DNA from: Octopus bimaculoides
Taxonomy: Eukaryota
Assembly (NCBI RefSeq): GCF_001194135.2
Contig: NC_068981.1
Location: 66,519,059 to 66,580,732, forward strand
DNA: 61,674 nucleotides
Direction: 5' to 3'
In this document: positions 47,981 to 61,420 of the stretch, one piece after another
How the letters are laid out: each line of letters begins with the position of its first letter
Numbering within the stretch: the stretch's first letter is position 1
Made by a program: the position numbers and the translations under genes
Notes under the pieces: model-generated
Seen by the model: the letters and a program-made list of their open reading frames with translations, nothing else
The model's database searches: none
What the model was told of the DNA's origin: nothing

Positions 47981-48710
47981 NNNNNNNNNNNNNNNNNNNN
48001 NNNNNNNNNNNNNNNNNNNNNNNNNNNNNNNNNNNNNNNNNNNNNNNNNNNNNNNNNNNNNNNNNNNNNNNNNNNNNNNNNNNNNNNNNNNNNNNNNNNN
48101 NNNNNNNNNNNNNNNNNNNNNNNNNNNNNNNNNNNNNNNNNNNNNNNNNNNNNNNNNNNNNNNNNNNNNNNNNNNNNNNNNNNNNNNNNNNNNNNNNNNN
48201 NNNNNNNNNNNNNNNNNNNNNNNNNNNNNNNNNNNNNNNNNNNNNNNNNNNNNNNNNNNNNNNNNNNNNNNNNNNNNNNNNNNNNNNNNNNNNNNNNNNN
48301 NNNNNNNNNNNNNNNNNNNNNNNNNNNNNNNNNNNNNNNNNNNNNNNNNNNNNNNNNNNNNNNNNNNNNNNNNNNNNNNNNNNNNNNNNNNNNNNNNNNN
48401 NNNNNNNNNNNNNNNNNNNNNNNNNNNNNNNNNNNNNNNNNNNNNNNNNNNNNNNNNNNNNNNNNNNNNNNNNNNNNNNNNNNNNNNNNNNNNNNNNNNN
48501 NNNNNNNNNNNNNNNNNNNNNNNNNNNNNNNNNNNNNNNNNNNNNNNNNNNNNNNNNNNNNNNNNNNNNNNNNNNNNNNNNNNNNNNNNNNNNNNNNNNN
48601 NNNNNNNNNNNNNNNNNNNNNNNNNNNNNNNNNNNNNNNNNNNNNNNNNNNNNNNNNNNNNNNNNNNNNNNNNNNNNNNNNNNNNNNNNNNNNNNNNNNN
48701 NNNTTTTACG

Positions 48711-48762
<52 letters not shown>

Positions 48763-49014
48763 GTACATACATTATAAAGACAATACAAAAACAAAATTTG
48801 ACATGCACATTAGTTTACCAATTTAATTGAATGAGTGTTGCAATGTTCCATGCATTAGTGTTGAATCAGAAGAAAAGCAAGAAAGAGAGAGGCATAGTGA
48901 GGAGTGAAAAAGAGAAATAGAAAAAGAGCTAAAAACTCAACCTTTGGAATTCCAATTTTGAATTTTACATTGGTTTACCACTTGGATTATTTTGGATGTA
49001 TCTTTATTATTTTG

Positions 49015-49052
<38 letters not shown>

Positions 49053-49559
49053 ATTTGCGTATCATATTTAATGCAAATACATTGTGAAAAGGCAAATTGT
49101 CTGGAGATAATGTCTCTTATAGTTATACTATGTTTAAAAACATAAATAATATATCAGTAGAGGATGAAAATCGTCCTGTAGTAGCAGTGTGAATACTAGA
49201 TGTGCATTTCTGCCTCATTGGGCTTTGTCAGTTGCATGTACTCATTGCTAGCTTCATGGTAAGATTAAATCCATTGCTACTGATGTAGGAAAACAGTAAT
49301 TGACAAATCAGTGGTGTTGCAATTAATTGCTTGGTTGAATATATATATATATATATATCCTAATTTAATAGCTGACTTACTGCGCCAACGATATGTAGTG
49401 AAGTATTTCCATTAATTCTTTCATAGTTTAAATGTTTTAACTGAGGAAGATTTATGTTAATGGATGTATTCTTATTATATATTATGCAAACCTGAAATGT
49501 ATGTATTAAATGATTGCAAAATATCACTGATGGGTTTGATTTCATCATTACATCTTATA

Positions 49560-50305
49560 TAAGTAAAAGCGCCCATGAAGTGCCACGTAAAAGCACATGT
49601 GCAGTGCCACATAAAAGTGTCTGTGTGGTGCCATGTAAAAGCGCCTGTGCAGTGTCAGGTAAAAGCACCCAGCACACTCTGTAAAGTGGTTAGCATTAGG
49701 AAGGACATCCAGCTATAGAAACCATTGCCAAATCAGACTGGAGTCTGATGCAGCTCCTCAGCTTGCCAGCTCTGGTCAAACTGTCCAACTCATGCCAGTA
49801 TGGACAGTGGATGATGTTAAATGATGGTGATGATGATGGAATATAAGAGCAGGCGTGGCTGTGTGTTAAGAAACTTATTCCCCAATCACATGGTTCCAGG
49901 TTTAGTCCCACTGCATGAGCCCCTTGGGCTGACCAAAGCCTTGTGAGTAGATTTGGTAGATGGAAACTGGAAGAATCCCATTGTGTGTGTGCATTTATGT
50001 CTGTGTTTGTGTCTCCATCATTGCTTGACAATTGGTGCTGGTGTGTTTATATCCCTATAATTTAGTGGATCAATGAAAGGAGAGGAATAGAATAAGTACC
50101 AGATTTTAAAAGTAAAGTACGGGGGCCAATACATTCGATTAAAAGTTCTTCAAGGCAGTGTCCTGGCATGGCTGCAGTCTAATGGCTGAAACAAGTAAAA
50201 GATATAGCCTGGTGTAGCCATCCGGTTGCACCAGTCCTCAGTCAAATCGTCCAACCCATGCTAGCATGGAAAGCGGATGTTAAACAATGATGATGATGAT
50301 GATAT
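49560..50305 (+). mobile_element. Cluster: RTE 3' UTR (49560-49840), SINE B (49848-50200), RTE tail (50207-50305)
   Basis: Family motifs as in other copies. Confidence 0.7.
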
Positions 50306-51831
50306 ATAATGGGGTCAATTCATTTGATTAAAAATTCTTCAAGGTGGTGCCCCAGTATGGCAGCAGTTTTATATTGACACATTATTAATTATCTTACAAC
50401 AGCAATGCCTGGAAAAATCATGGATTACATGGAAAAATGTGAGCATGAAAAGTAATATTCTTAAGATTATAAACCTGGAAAAGTACAGGACAAGTTATTA
50501 CACCTGTAAATGTATAGGACAAACTATTACTTCAAGTCAAGTAAAGAATAAGACAATGGAGCTCAGTGCAGCTTTCTGATTTGTCAACTCCTCAAATCAT
50601 ACAACCCATGCTAACATGGAAGACGGACATAAAATAATGATGATGATGATATAATGAGCTTCTGTACAGTCTCTGTCTACGGATTTCACTCAGAAGGCAG
50701 TGATCAGTTCAGTGTTATGATACTTGCCCAATGTGCCATGCAGTGGGATTGAACCTGAAATCATGTGTTTGTGAAGTGAACTTCTTAAATACACGGCTGT
50801 ACCTGTGTTCATTGTGAGAATTAGTTCCACAATTTCCAATGAACAATGGGCTATTGCATTCACATACACTAAATCATTTTGCAGTCCACTCACCTGGCAA
50901 AAATGAGTTGTACCTGTATTTCAAAGGGCCAGCCTCGTCACGTTCTGTGTCACGCTGAATCTCCCTGAGAAATACATTGAAGGTATGCGTGTCTGTGGAG
51001 TGTTCAGCCACTTGGACATTAATTTCACAGGCAGACTGTTCCGTTGATTGGATCAACTGGAACCCTCATCATTGTAAACGATGGTTTGCCAAGAAAAGAC
51101 TCCCAAAAGACACTAAATCATTTAGTATATGTGAGTGCAAGACACCCACTTCCACTCAGCACTCACTTCTGTTTTATGTTTTGTTATCCCTGTGTCTGCA
51201 GGGTATTAAGAAACACATGCACCATTGAAGTAGAATCATTGCAGCCATTGGAAACACACACAAATATTTATATACTTGCATTCACTTGCACACACTCTCA
51301 CTCTCTCTCTTTCTCTTTCACATACACTCATACAATACACACTAATGGCTTCTGTAATTAACTCTGACTTAATCTTTAATTAATTGTTTAATCAAATGAA
51401 TGTTCTGTTAAATAGTTTAGATGTTTGGTAAGGTATTTAATCTGCAATCGCATGTTGGAACTGAAACAATATTATCATTGTAGTACGGTGATTGTCATTA
51501 AACATTGCGCATATATTCTTGTATTCATTGTTTTATTTTGTAATAGTATCTATAATATTATTCTGCTGTAGTCTACATATATAAAGCTTAGCTATGGAAT
51601 GTAATTGAAGACAATCTTTTAAACACACAACATTTGTACTTTTTACAAGACAGTTGACTGATAAACTATGGAACAAATCAAAGACATAATCTATTATCGC
51701 TACACTTATTTGTAAGACAATTGATAATCTTCCTTAGATAGTCTTTTTGTTTGTTTCAAATTTTTGCTTGTTTCAACTAGATTTATCATAAACTGCATTT
51801 TATTGTTTTATTCTATAGTAATTCCATTCAG

Positions 51832-51926
51832 TTAAAATTTTGTTCATGAATAAAGAAATCTTTCTTCACGTTCTTGAAATGAAGGAAGAAGTTTTGGCTG
51901 CAATTGACTGTTCTGCTAGAAGAAAA
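51832..51926 (+). other. Candidate coding exon of unknown gene
   Basis: cag acceptor at 51831 (stronger tag at 51818), open frame KILFMNKEIFLHVLEMKEEVLAAIDCSARRK, donor AAA|GTAAGA at 51927. Confidence 0.25.
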
Positions 51927-53249
51927 GTAAGACTTATTGCCATAAGCTAGTTTAAATTAAAATACTGGAAAGATAGAATTAAAAAAATGTAAACAAGAAG
52001 AAAAAATGGATTGTGTGCAAAAATATCTTTAGAAATTTCATTTGGAATTTGTTGAAATGTAAAATAGACGAGGCTATAGTTTTTTTTTTTTTTTATAGCC
52101 TGAGAGTGAAGTTCAGACAGTTGTAATGACCCAGAGATGCTTGCCAGCTCTAGAAATACCATCATCATCATCATGTCATCATCATCATTATCTTCATCAT
52201 AATCATCATCATCATATATTTATCTTACATTCAATTTTCTATACTGGCATAGGTTGGATGCTTCTGCAATTTAGCAACATATTGCTTATCTTTAGTTTCA
52301 CTATCTTCTCATTATTTATAGCATCTGTGTAGGCTGTGTTAGTTTTGTTCACACAATTAGAAACCGATGTGGCTGTAGGTACAGACATGGCTATGTGGTT
52401 AAGAAGCTTACTTCCTGACCATGTAGTCTCAGGTTCAGTCCCACCTCATTGCATCTTGGGCAATTGTTTTCAAATATATTTGCAGGCTGACCATAGGCAA
52501 AGCCTTGTGAGTAAATTTGGTTGACAATACTGGAAGAAGCCTGTCATGATATATATATATATGTGTGTGTGTTTATGTGTATGCATGTCATAACTTCACG
52601 TGATGTTGTTTACAAGCATCATCATGTTCATTTTCAGTCTTCCATGAAAAATGTGTTGCTATGGAGAAATATTATGTTACTTGGAAACAAGTGAGGTTTG
52701 GAGACAAAAAGGGCATTCTATCATAGAAAAATCTGCCTCATTCATACAAATATGGAAAAGTAGATGTTAAATGATGATGATGATAAATTAGTGATGCTTT
52801 CACTTAGGATGAGGTTACAAGACTCTCCCATACTTAGTAATGATTTTGTAAGTGCAAACATTAAACTGCACTTGGTGTTGGGCTCCAGCTTAGAAGTTCA
52901 GGAGATTTGGAGAGTATAAAATTATTTTTTAGTCACCACTACATCCGGGTCTACTCTGACTCAGGGTAGTAGTACCTGTCAGAGGTCCTAGTTATGGGTC
53001 AAATCATGACATATGGTCCTGTGGCAGAGGCATTCAGGACTTGGGAAAGGCTAGTCCTTAGATATGTGTTATACAGGCCCAACAATGTGTGGACATACCC
53101 TGATATCATGTAAACCAGTCCTCCTGCCTATGGGTGAAACAGACCTTGTGCTTGAAGATTAAGCTTGGGAGAGCATGTTTTGCTTGTATCTCATATCACC
53201 AGTTAGTAATATATGTGGTGAGTGGTGCATTCTTCATCCAGGAATGGTT

Positions 53250-53550
53250 TAGCAGTTGATACAATCTCTCTATCTCATTTCCTGATGAGAATAAAGTTCA
53301 TATGGTTTGTGTGTTGCAAAATATTTGATCATTCATATCACAGAATTACAGGAGCTTTGATCCCTCCTCGTTTCTCATACCATAACCATTGCTTCCATGT
53401 ATATCACAGAAGCCTTCATGGAGTTTTTCAACTTTCCTATTAAAATTGCCAGCCACAGTAATGAGAGTGCTAACAAATATTGTTGAGGTAGGGTCCAGAA
53501 GGGCCTCATGAAAGTGGTACTTCTTATCATCTGCCTGCTTTGACAATGAT
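53250..53550 (-). mobile_element. RTE LINE apurinic endonuclease fragment
   Basis: ITVAGNFNRKV..GF..HGSNGYGMRNEEGSKLL, the decayed AGDFNGHVG..GYG.RNEEG.RLL pattern. Confidence 0.75.
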
Positions 53551-54289
53551 GCATATCAGAGATAAATCTTACTGTTCAGTTGCTTCTAACTGGCTTAAAC
53601 TTAATTATTTTGTTGCAAATTCTGACTGCTTCAATTACCTTATCTATCTATTTCCCTGTTAAAAGTAATACCTATTACACTCACACTACTCATGCTATCA
53701 GTTACTTACCTAGAAGAATTTGTGCCATTATTTCTTGCTTGTGAGGAGTTTGGCTGAAGCTCCCTTCTCTTTTGACTCTTGCATGCTGCACACATCCACA
53801 CATCTCTGCTCTAGCATTTCTACAATCTCTCCAGACTTACATTTCACTGTGCTGACATTAGTGGTAGCTGCCCTAAATATTCTGTTTAAGAGGAAGAAGG
53901 GCATTTCTGTTGGATTTTTTCAGTTGGTTACTGTTTAACTTCTGCACCTGTAACTAATAAGAATGTGTGTATGTACACACACATATATACAATAATAATT
54001 ATTGTCATTATTATTGCTTTTATGTTCATTTATCCATATTGACAAGTTTTGGATGGGATCTTTTGAGGTGGTGCTTTACAGATGCTCTTCCTGACACCAA
54101 TCTCTCTTATAATAAAACCCATTGTCAAAGTAACCTAATAAGCAGTGGAGGTTGGCATTCTAAAAAGATAGTAGTCATAGTAAGAATAGGGTGGTAAAAT
54201 TTGAAGGAACTGCTACTTCTGCCTGCAACAAAGGGAATCTTTTTTTTTTTTTTTAGCAAAGAGCAAATTGCTTAGGAAGTGCAATGTTG

Positions 54290-54734
54290 CATAGTATAGA
54301 AACATGGGCATTAAATGTGGGAAAGAAACCAAGCAAAAATAGTCTACTGATGCGTAATGTTGGTGTGCATGAATGATAGCACAAATGAGGTGAGAGAAAA
54401 ATTGGGTATCAGAGGAATCAACTGCAATATGCAGGAGAGAAGATTGCACTGGTACAAACATAATGCAAATGGAAAGAACCTGTGGCAAAGACTATTAATT
54501 GGTGAGGCATCATATTGAAGACCTGTGTGTGTGTGTGTGTGTGCGTATAATTCTTGTTTCAGTCATTTGACTGGTCATGCTGTAGCACCACCTTGAAGAG
54601 TTTTTTAGTCAAATAAATCAACCCTAGGACTTATTTCTTAAGCCTAGTACTTATTCTATTGGTCACTTCTGTCAAACTGCTAAGTTATAGGGACATAAAC
54701 ACACTAACTCTGATTGTCAAGCAGTAATGGGGTG

Positions 54735-54808
<74 letters not shown>

Positions 54809-54965
54809 AACAGGCGAAACAGGCTTCTTTCATTTTCTATCTACCAAATCTACTTACAAGGCTTTGGTTGGCCTGAGGTTGTAGAAGAAAGACACTTGCC
54901 CAAGGTGCTATGTAGTAGGACTGAACCTGGAACCATGTGGTTGGGAAGCAAGCTTCTTACCACAC
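54290..54965. mobile_element. RTE RT C-terminal fragment (+, 54290-54480) and SINE B (-, 54555-54965)
   Basis: REKLGIRGINCNMQERRLHWY; reverse-complement family B with long (CA)n. Confidence 0.7.
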
Positions 54966-55084
54966 ATGACTACATTGGCATAGCAGGAACAGGGACTTCA
55001 AGAAATCAAGGGACTCTGTGCACACATACATACATAGATAATTATATGGTTGCTTTTCCAAGCTTGCATGTATTAGATATCTTT

Positions 55085-55140
<56 letters not shown>

Positions 55141-55683
55141 TGTGTGTGTTTGCTTCTGAACCATATTGTTGCAGGTTCAGTCTCTACTTGTGAATAGAAT
55201 TGGTTGGCAGAAATTGAAAGAAGCTTATTGTACGTGTATGTGTGTGAGCACATGTGCATGCATGTGCACGTGCACATATGTATTGCATGCATGTGTGTTT
55301 CTTTGTTTTAACTTCACGTAATAGGTGTAAACAAATGTCACCATCAAACAAGTAATCAGTCTCATACAAATCCAGCCATGGTGAAATATTATCTTGCTTA
55401 GAAGCAGGTGAGTGTTAGTGCCAGAAAGCACAACCAGCTATAGAAAATCTGCCTCAACAAATTCCATCTGATTTAAGCAAGCATGGAAAAGTAGAGTTTG
55501 AAATGATAATGTTGATGATGATTTTTTTTTCCCCATTTGTCTCTAATGATGGAATTCCCATATTCGGGGATATCCTAGAAACAGCTGTAAGATTTTGAAT
55601 TTCTTCCTATAATAATATTGTATACAACTTGAGATGTTTGCCTTGCCTTAAATTGTGATGTCACAGGAGAGAAGTGTGTCTGC

Positions 55684-55932
55684 ATGGATGATGGTGCACT
55701 TGCTTTTAATGATTCGGAAAAGAAAGAGGCTTGGAGAAACCATTATGAAAGACTGCTGAACGTGGAAAATGAATGGGAGGAGGAGAGCCTGCCAAATGTT
55801 GACCCAGTAGAGGGACCAGCTATCCGAATAGATAGCTCCCCTGTAGATAAAGCAATTAAGGGAATGAAGCCAGGAAAAGCCCCTGGACCATCAGGAATCA
55901 CTGCTGAGATGCCTAAAATATCTGGGGCATAA
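55684..55932 (+). mobile_element. RTE LINE fragment (pre-RT linker)
   Basis: EKKEAWRNHYERLLNVENEW..VDKAIKGMKPGKAPGPSGITAEM. Confidence 0.85.
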
Positions 55933-56100
55933 AGGTGAAAACAATACCAGTAATAATTGGAGCATTGGGTGTGATAAAAGAACATTTGAACAAAAATGTA
56001 GAAGCTATGCCCGGACCCTTAATGCTACACACTATCAAAAAAATAGCCCTGCTAGGAACAGCGCACTTCTTACACGAGACATTATCATTTCAATTAAACA
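55933..56100 (+). mobile_element. R4/Dong-clade RLE C-terminal fragment abutting the RTE fragment
   Basis: VKTIPVIIGALGVI..IKKIALLGTAHFLHETLS. Confidence 0.8.
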
Positions 56101-56418
56101 ACCCAAATAAACCAATCCACAAACACAAGACACTCTATACAGTAAATATCCAATAAAATAAACAGTCACCACAACATGTACACTACAGGCAGGATACCCA
56201 ACAGAAGAACACAACTCACATTACACATACAACACACAATGCAAACATATCACAAGACTGCAACCAAACCCCATAACAAAAACGGATACAATACAATGCC
56301 AGGAAAGATTTGCATTCTCCCAACAACTAAAAAGAACACTCAATACTACACACATCTCACCAACACAGAGATGTAGCAGGTGATGCTGTAGAAATCTTCA
56401 TGAAATTATCAGATGTCA

Positions 56419-56453
<35 letters not shown>

Positions 56454-56454
56454 T

Positions 56455-56834
56455 AAAAACAAGAGCATTCAAAGAGCGCAAACCTCCACCAAGGCAACAC
56501 CAATGTCCTCTCAATGATTAGCTGGAGATGAGTTTTGAAATGAGAATATCTGAAATAAACTCGATTGCTCTCACAAACAAGAATACTAAAAATGAACCTG
56601 ACTGCTCTCAAAAATTAAGTGAAGAAACAGGAAAAATAAATCCAGAATTCTTGTCCAATACCTAATCGATCCCAAAATCTAATCAGTTCGTGCCAGTTAT
56701 GAGGCCAAACATCTCTGAAAGTTTCATCCGAATCCATCCTGCGGTTCTTGAGATATCTTGTCCACGGACAAACAAACAAACAAACAAACATGACTGAAAA
56801 CAATACCTCCGCCTTCGCTAAGGTGGAGGTAATA
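56455..56834 (-). mobile_element. HINE/DINE-1-like element, full length
   Basis: On the minus strand: 5' tattacctccaccttagcgaaggcggaggt, (GTTT)n, core, 3' ccttggtggaggt and gcgctc-ttt-gaatgc hairpin, then T-rich end. Confidence 0.7.
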
Positions 56835-57930
56835 NNNNNNNNNNNNNNNNNNNNNNNNNNNNNNNNNNNNNNNNNNNNNNNNNNNNNNNNNNNNNNNNNN
56901 NNNNNNNNNNNNNNNNNNNNNNNNTATATATATATATATATATATATATCTTAACTGCAAAATCAAATCTACTTTTGAGTAACTTGAATAGAGGTCATTG
57001 GCTTGTGCATTGTACACATTTATTCATGATGTTATAAGATATAACAAATGTTTAGAGTAAAGAGATTGTATTTCATTAAATACAAAGACTTGTGTTTTAC
57101 CAAATGCTTTGCTTGGGGCTGCTATAAGTAAAGTCTGCAACAAACAGATTTTAACTCCTCTAGGATTGTCATTGCTTCAGATGACTAATTGCTTTTCTCT
57201 ACAAAATTTGTCTACATTTCTGTGATGTAAATTTAGATTGCTTCTACAGACATACGTGTAATATTAGTTTGAGTTGCCATTTGAAGATATTTTTTTGTTT
57301 TCATAAACACTGTCTGTCTGTTGGTGTGCTGTTTAACCCCAGGCCAGCTCTGACTGAACAGTCCTATGAATACAGATATTCGATTCACAACCATCCTGCT
57401 TTTGTTTAAAGAATAATGTATAGCATTATAAACAAATTTTTGGCATTAGTAAGGGTATCCTTAGCATTGGGAAGGATATCTAGACATAGAAACCATGCCA
57501 AAGCAGGCACTGGAACTCAACACAGTTTTCTGACCTGTCAAGTTCTGTCAAACAGTCTAACCCATGCCAGCATGAAACATGAATGCTAAATAATGACAAT
57601 GTTGATGATAATGTATCCTGAATAGATTATATTATCTGGGATATGCATCTCCTTCTTCTTAAGATAGTATGATGTGATTTGAATGAGATTTGGCTGTTTT
57701 TTTCATCTCACTCTGTTGCATTTTGAGCAATTGTAGTTGCATGTTGATCAGTGGCTTATGTGTGGTTTGAACAGGGTACCTCTTTTAAGCGGGTAACCTA
57801 GATGTTTTTGGTTGCAAAAGGCACCAATAAATACTTTGTCTTCTGAAAGGGTATTATAAGCAAGTGAGTGACTTGAAATGTATGCTTGTTATGGCTATGT
57901 CAACAAGAGGAAGGAAGTTCGTCATTTTAA

Positions 57931-58134
57931 CTCTTTGGCATTCAAACTGGCTATATAAGGCCAAAATATTTACCCTGGCCAGATCTGGCTTCTCATGTCA
58001 ACCCTACAATGTCATTCTAAAACTAAACAATCACACCATCTAAATCTCTAAACTACAACACAACGCATGATTAATTCAAAACAATATAAATAAATAAAAA
58101 TGACATTTGGCAGAACAATTTGAATACTAAAGGG
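57931..58134. mobile_element. piggyBac-type MITE, second copy in opposite orientation
   Basis: TTAA|CTCTTTGGCATT ... AATACTAAAGGG|TTAA; interior matches the reverse complement of 31951-32171. Confidence 0.75.
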
Positions 58135-58599
58135 TTAATCTAAGGAAATACTTGTCAAACTTACAATGTTGTGGGTTGTTAAGGTTATTTCTACAAATTT
58201 TCTATAGAAATTATAGCCAGCCATGAATTTTGTTATGACATTTCATATCTGAGACTCTTGATGTAAATACTAACGAAAATGTTTAATATACGCCTTGGAT
58301 ACAAAACATCATAACAAAATAGTGTTGGCTATAATTTCTATTGAAAATCTGTAGAGATAACCTTAACAAATGATGTAATAACACTGCTATCACTGTAGAA
58401 CACAGAATTGACTTATAAAAAGGTTCAATATACTTTGTAGTATATTATAGTTGCATAACGAAATGCAGTGTCCCTATAGATCATTAATACTGTGGCCATT
58501 TACAATGCTCAGTTGTTCATATCCCATTATACTTGTGTATACAAGTAGGGGGAATTGTCTTTTCTGTGAACAGATTGCTGTGCTGATGGCAGGTGCTGA

Positions 58600-59012
58600 A
58601 CCACTGGTGCCTTGGTGGGTTTGCTTTTACCTTTTACATGTTTCATTCATTTGTCCATGCTGGAGCACTGTATGTTTTAGCCAAACAAATTGCCTCTAGT
58701 TCTTATTCTTTTAAATCTGGTACTTATTCTATTAATCTCTTTTTCCGAACTGCTAAGTTATGGAGACATAAACTAACACTGGTTGTCAAGCTGTGGTGGG
58801 GAGACAGACACTAAGACACACTCACACACACACACAAAAACAAACAAACACACAAACAATGGGCTTCTTTCAGTTTCTGTCTACCAAATCAACTCACAAG
58901 GCTTTGGTCAGTCTGTGGCTATAATAAAACACACTTGCCCAAGGTGCCATGTAGTGGAACTGAACTCATAGTCATATGGCAGAGAGCAAACATTTTACCA
59001 CATAGCTATGCC
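58600..59012 (-). mobile_element. SINE family B
   Basis: Reverse complement of head, body and tail. Confidence 0.7.
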
Positions 59013-59419
59013 TGTTGACTGTTGTTTTTGTTTTTTTGTTTTCCAGTACTACATGAACTTGGCAATCAACATTTTTATCTGCTATAAACGAAACTGATAA
59101 TAGCAAACAGGAATTTTCGTAATGGATTTCCAAATAGAACAAATTCCTTCCTATAACAGATATAAAAATACATTTGAATAAATTATAGTAGCAATAATAT
59201 TGCCATTTTTGTGTTTTTCGAATTTAGTTTTAACACTGACACAAATGACATTTGAAAGAGAGTGAAAATGTGAGAACTTGCACAGGTTTTTTTTGCAGTA
59301 TGCAATCCTAGATTGATCCTCAATCTAATACTATCTTTACTTTTGCAATATGCAGCTTAAAACAAGAGGAAAAAAAATCTATCTCTCTATTCATCTACAG
59401 TTATATAATTCTGTGTGTT

Positions 59420-59812
59420 GTTGTTGTTGTGTGTGTATATGTATATATAAATAAATGTGTAATTACATATATATACTCACACACACACATTTATGTATGT
59501 ATACACATATATCTATCTATATATATATATATATATACAAACATACATATGTATATATTTATATATACACATACATGCATATATATATATGCACACATAC
59601 ACACAGATACACACACATATACATATAAATGTATAATTATAAATGTGTGTATATATATATATGTACATGTACAGTTTGTGTGAATGTATGTATGTGTGTA
59701 TATACATACATGTATGTGTGTGTATATGTGTGTATGTGTATGTGTATATATGTGTGTATGTGTATGTGTATATATGTGTGTATGTGTATGTATATATTTA
59801 TATATGTGTGTG

Positions 59813-59860
<48 letters not shown>
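59420..59860. repeat. Compound (TA)/(CA)/(TG) microsatellite
   Basis: Read directly. Confidence 0.95.
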
Positions 59861-59863
<3 letters not shown>

Positions 59864-60790
59864 GTTCATTTGTTGAATCCAATACATCAGAAATATTTTG
59901 TTTGTATATGCATGTGGATACACACACAATATTTTTGCATGTGTGCATGTGTGTGCACAATGTTTCAAAAATATATTGAACATATAAACAGTAATACACA
60001 CACACACACGCGCGTATATGTATATGTCTCATAAATAGATATTGCATATATCATAAACATTTTCTTTATTTGAAAGTTTTGCAATTGTCTATTATGTATG
60101 CTGTTACATGCATGCTGTTTATTGGACAGTTATACATTCAGCATTCCTTTATGTTATCAACAACCTCAGAGGAACAAATCAGTTGTTTATGATTAACAAT
60201 TATGACTGATTTTAAAGTAAACACAATCACATCAAAGGCAAAAGGTTAACCCAGTCTAGTTCTTTGAAAGGAGAATTGGTATCTACTCTAATCTAAATTT
60301 AGATCTGTGTTGTAAAGTATCAGCTTGCTGAATCAATGTTTTGTTGGCTTGCTGGATTGCCAAAGAGTCCAGTGGATCATACACCCTCACTGTCACTGTG
60401 TTTTGTTCAAAGCCAAAGCACTTCAACCAGTCCACAATCATATACAATGTGTTTAAAAAAATCTAGTTAACATTAATATAAACTAACGAAGGAAGTCATT
60501 TGAGTCTCAGTTGAATGTCTTAATTTATGTTTTGTCTCTCCCTCATGCTACCTACCCCCTCACCATAGTCTTCACTCCCCCTCCTCACTGCATAACTGCA
60601 TCCCACCTTTGATTGTCATGGCTTAGGGATTCCAAGATAGTTGGACTATTGGCCCTGTCATTGAGATTGCCAGCCATCCAGACAACCCTGTGCAGTTGAA
60701 CTAGGTATCACTGGACAAATGAACAAGGTCACCACATCATTGTGCTACTTGTGAAATGACAATTATTCTTAAACTTTTTGATAATGAAAT

Positions 60791-60875
<85 letters not shown>

Positions 60876-60879
<4 letters not shown>

Positions 60880-61215
60880 AGGCGCACTGGCCCAGCGGTT
60901 AGGGCAGTGGACTCGCAGTTGTAGGATCGTAGTTTCGATTCCCAGAACAGGTGTTGTGAGTGTTTATTGAGCGAAGACACCTAAAGCTCCACGTGTCTCT
61001 GGCAGGGGGTGGTGGTGAACCCTGCTGTATTCTTTCACAACAACTTTTTCTCACTCTTTCTTCCTGTTTCTGTTATATCTGTATTTCAAAGGCCAGCCTT
61101 GTCACACTCTGTGTGATGCTGAATCTCCCCGAGAATTACGTTAAGGGCACTTACATGTTAATTTCATGAGCAGGCTGTTCCATTGATTGGATCAACTGGA
61201 ACTCTCATCGTTGCA
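60876..61215 (+). mobile_element. SINE family C
   Basis: gtggaggcgcactggcccagcggttagggcagtggactcgcag...tttcgattccc. Confidence 0.78.
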
Positions 61216-61349
61216 ACCAAGAGAGTGCCACGATATATATGTAGAAATATATATATTTCATGGTTGGGTTTAACTGCCCTTTTTAGCATGTAAGAAGTCC
61301 TGCCATGGGTCTTCTCTTTGTGTATATATCTTTATACGCTCTTATATAT

Positions 61350-61420
61350 GAATACTAGCAGAAATACCCGGCTTTGCCCGGATTAAAGAGAATAATGAAA
61401 TCTAAAAACGCTGTCTAGAT
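61350..61420 (+). mobile_element. Possible Helitron-type non-autonomous element 5' end
   Basis: tactagcagaaatacccggctttgcccgg resembles Lep1-like Helitron starts; no 3' hairpin/CTAG found. Confidence 0.35.

Noticed and set aside
49200-49258. VHFCLIGLCQLHVLIASFM as the Pcc1 C-terminal exon
   Set aside because: Spacing resembles the Pcc1 helix, but the AxDxRxLR charges are absent and no AG gives the needed phase.
59047-59120. Strong acceptor ttttgttttccag as a last exon
   Set aside because: The Pcc1 frame stops after two codons; the pyrimidine tract abuts a SINE end.
59429-60047. Many overlapping Y/I/H/T/C/V-rich ORFs (also 9285-9780 +, 18744, 24620, 54896)
   Set aside because: Translations of microsatellites.
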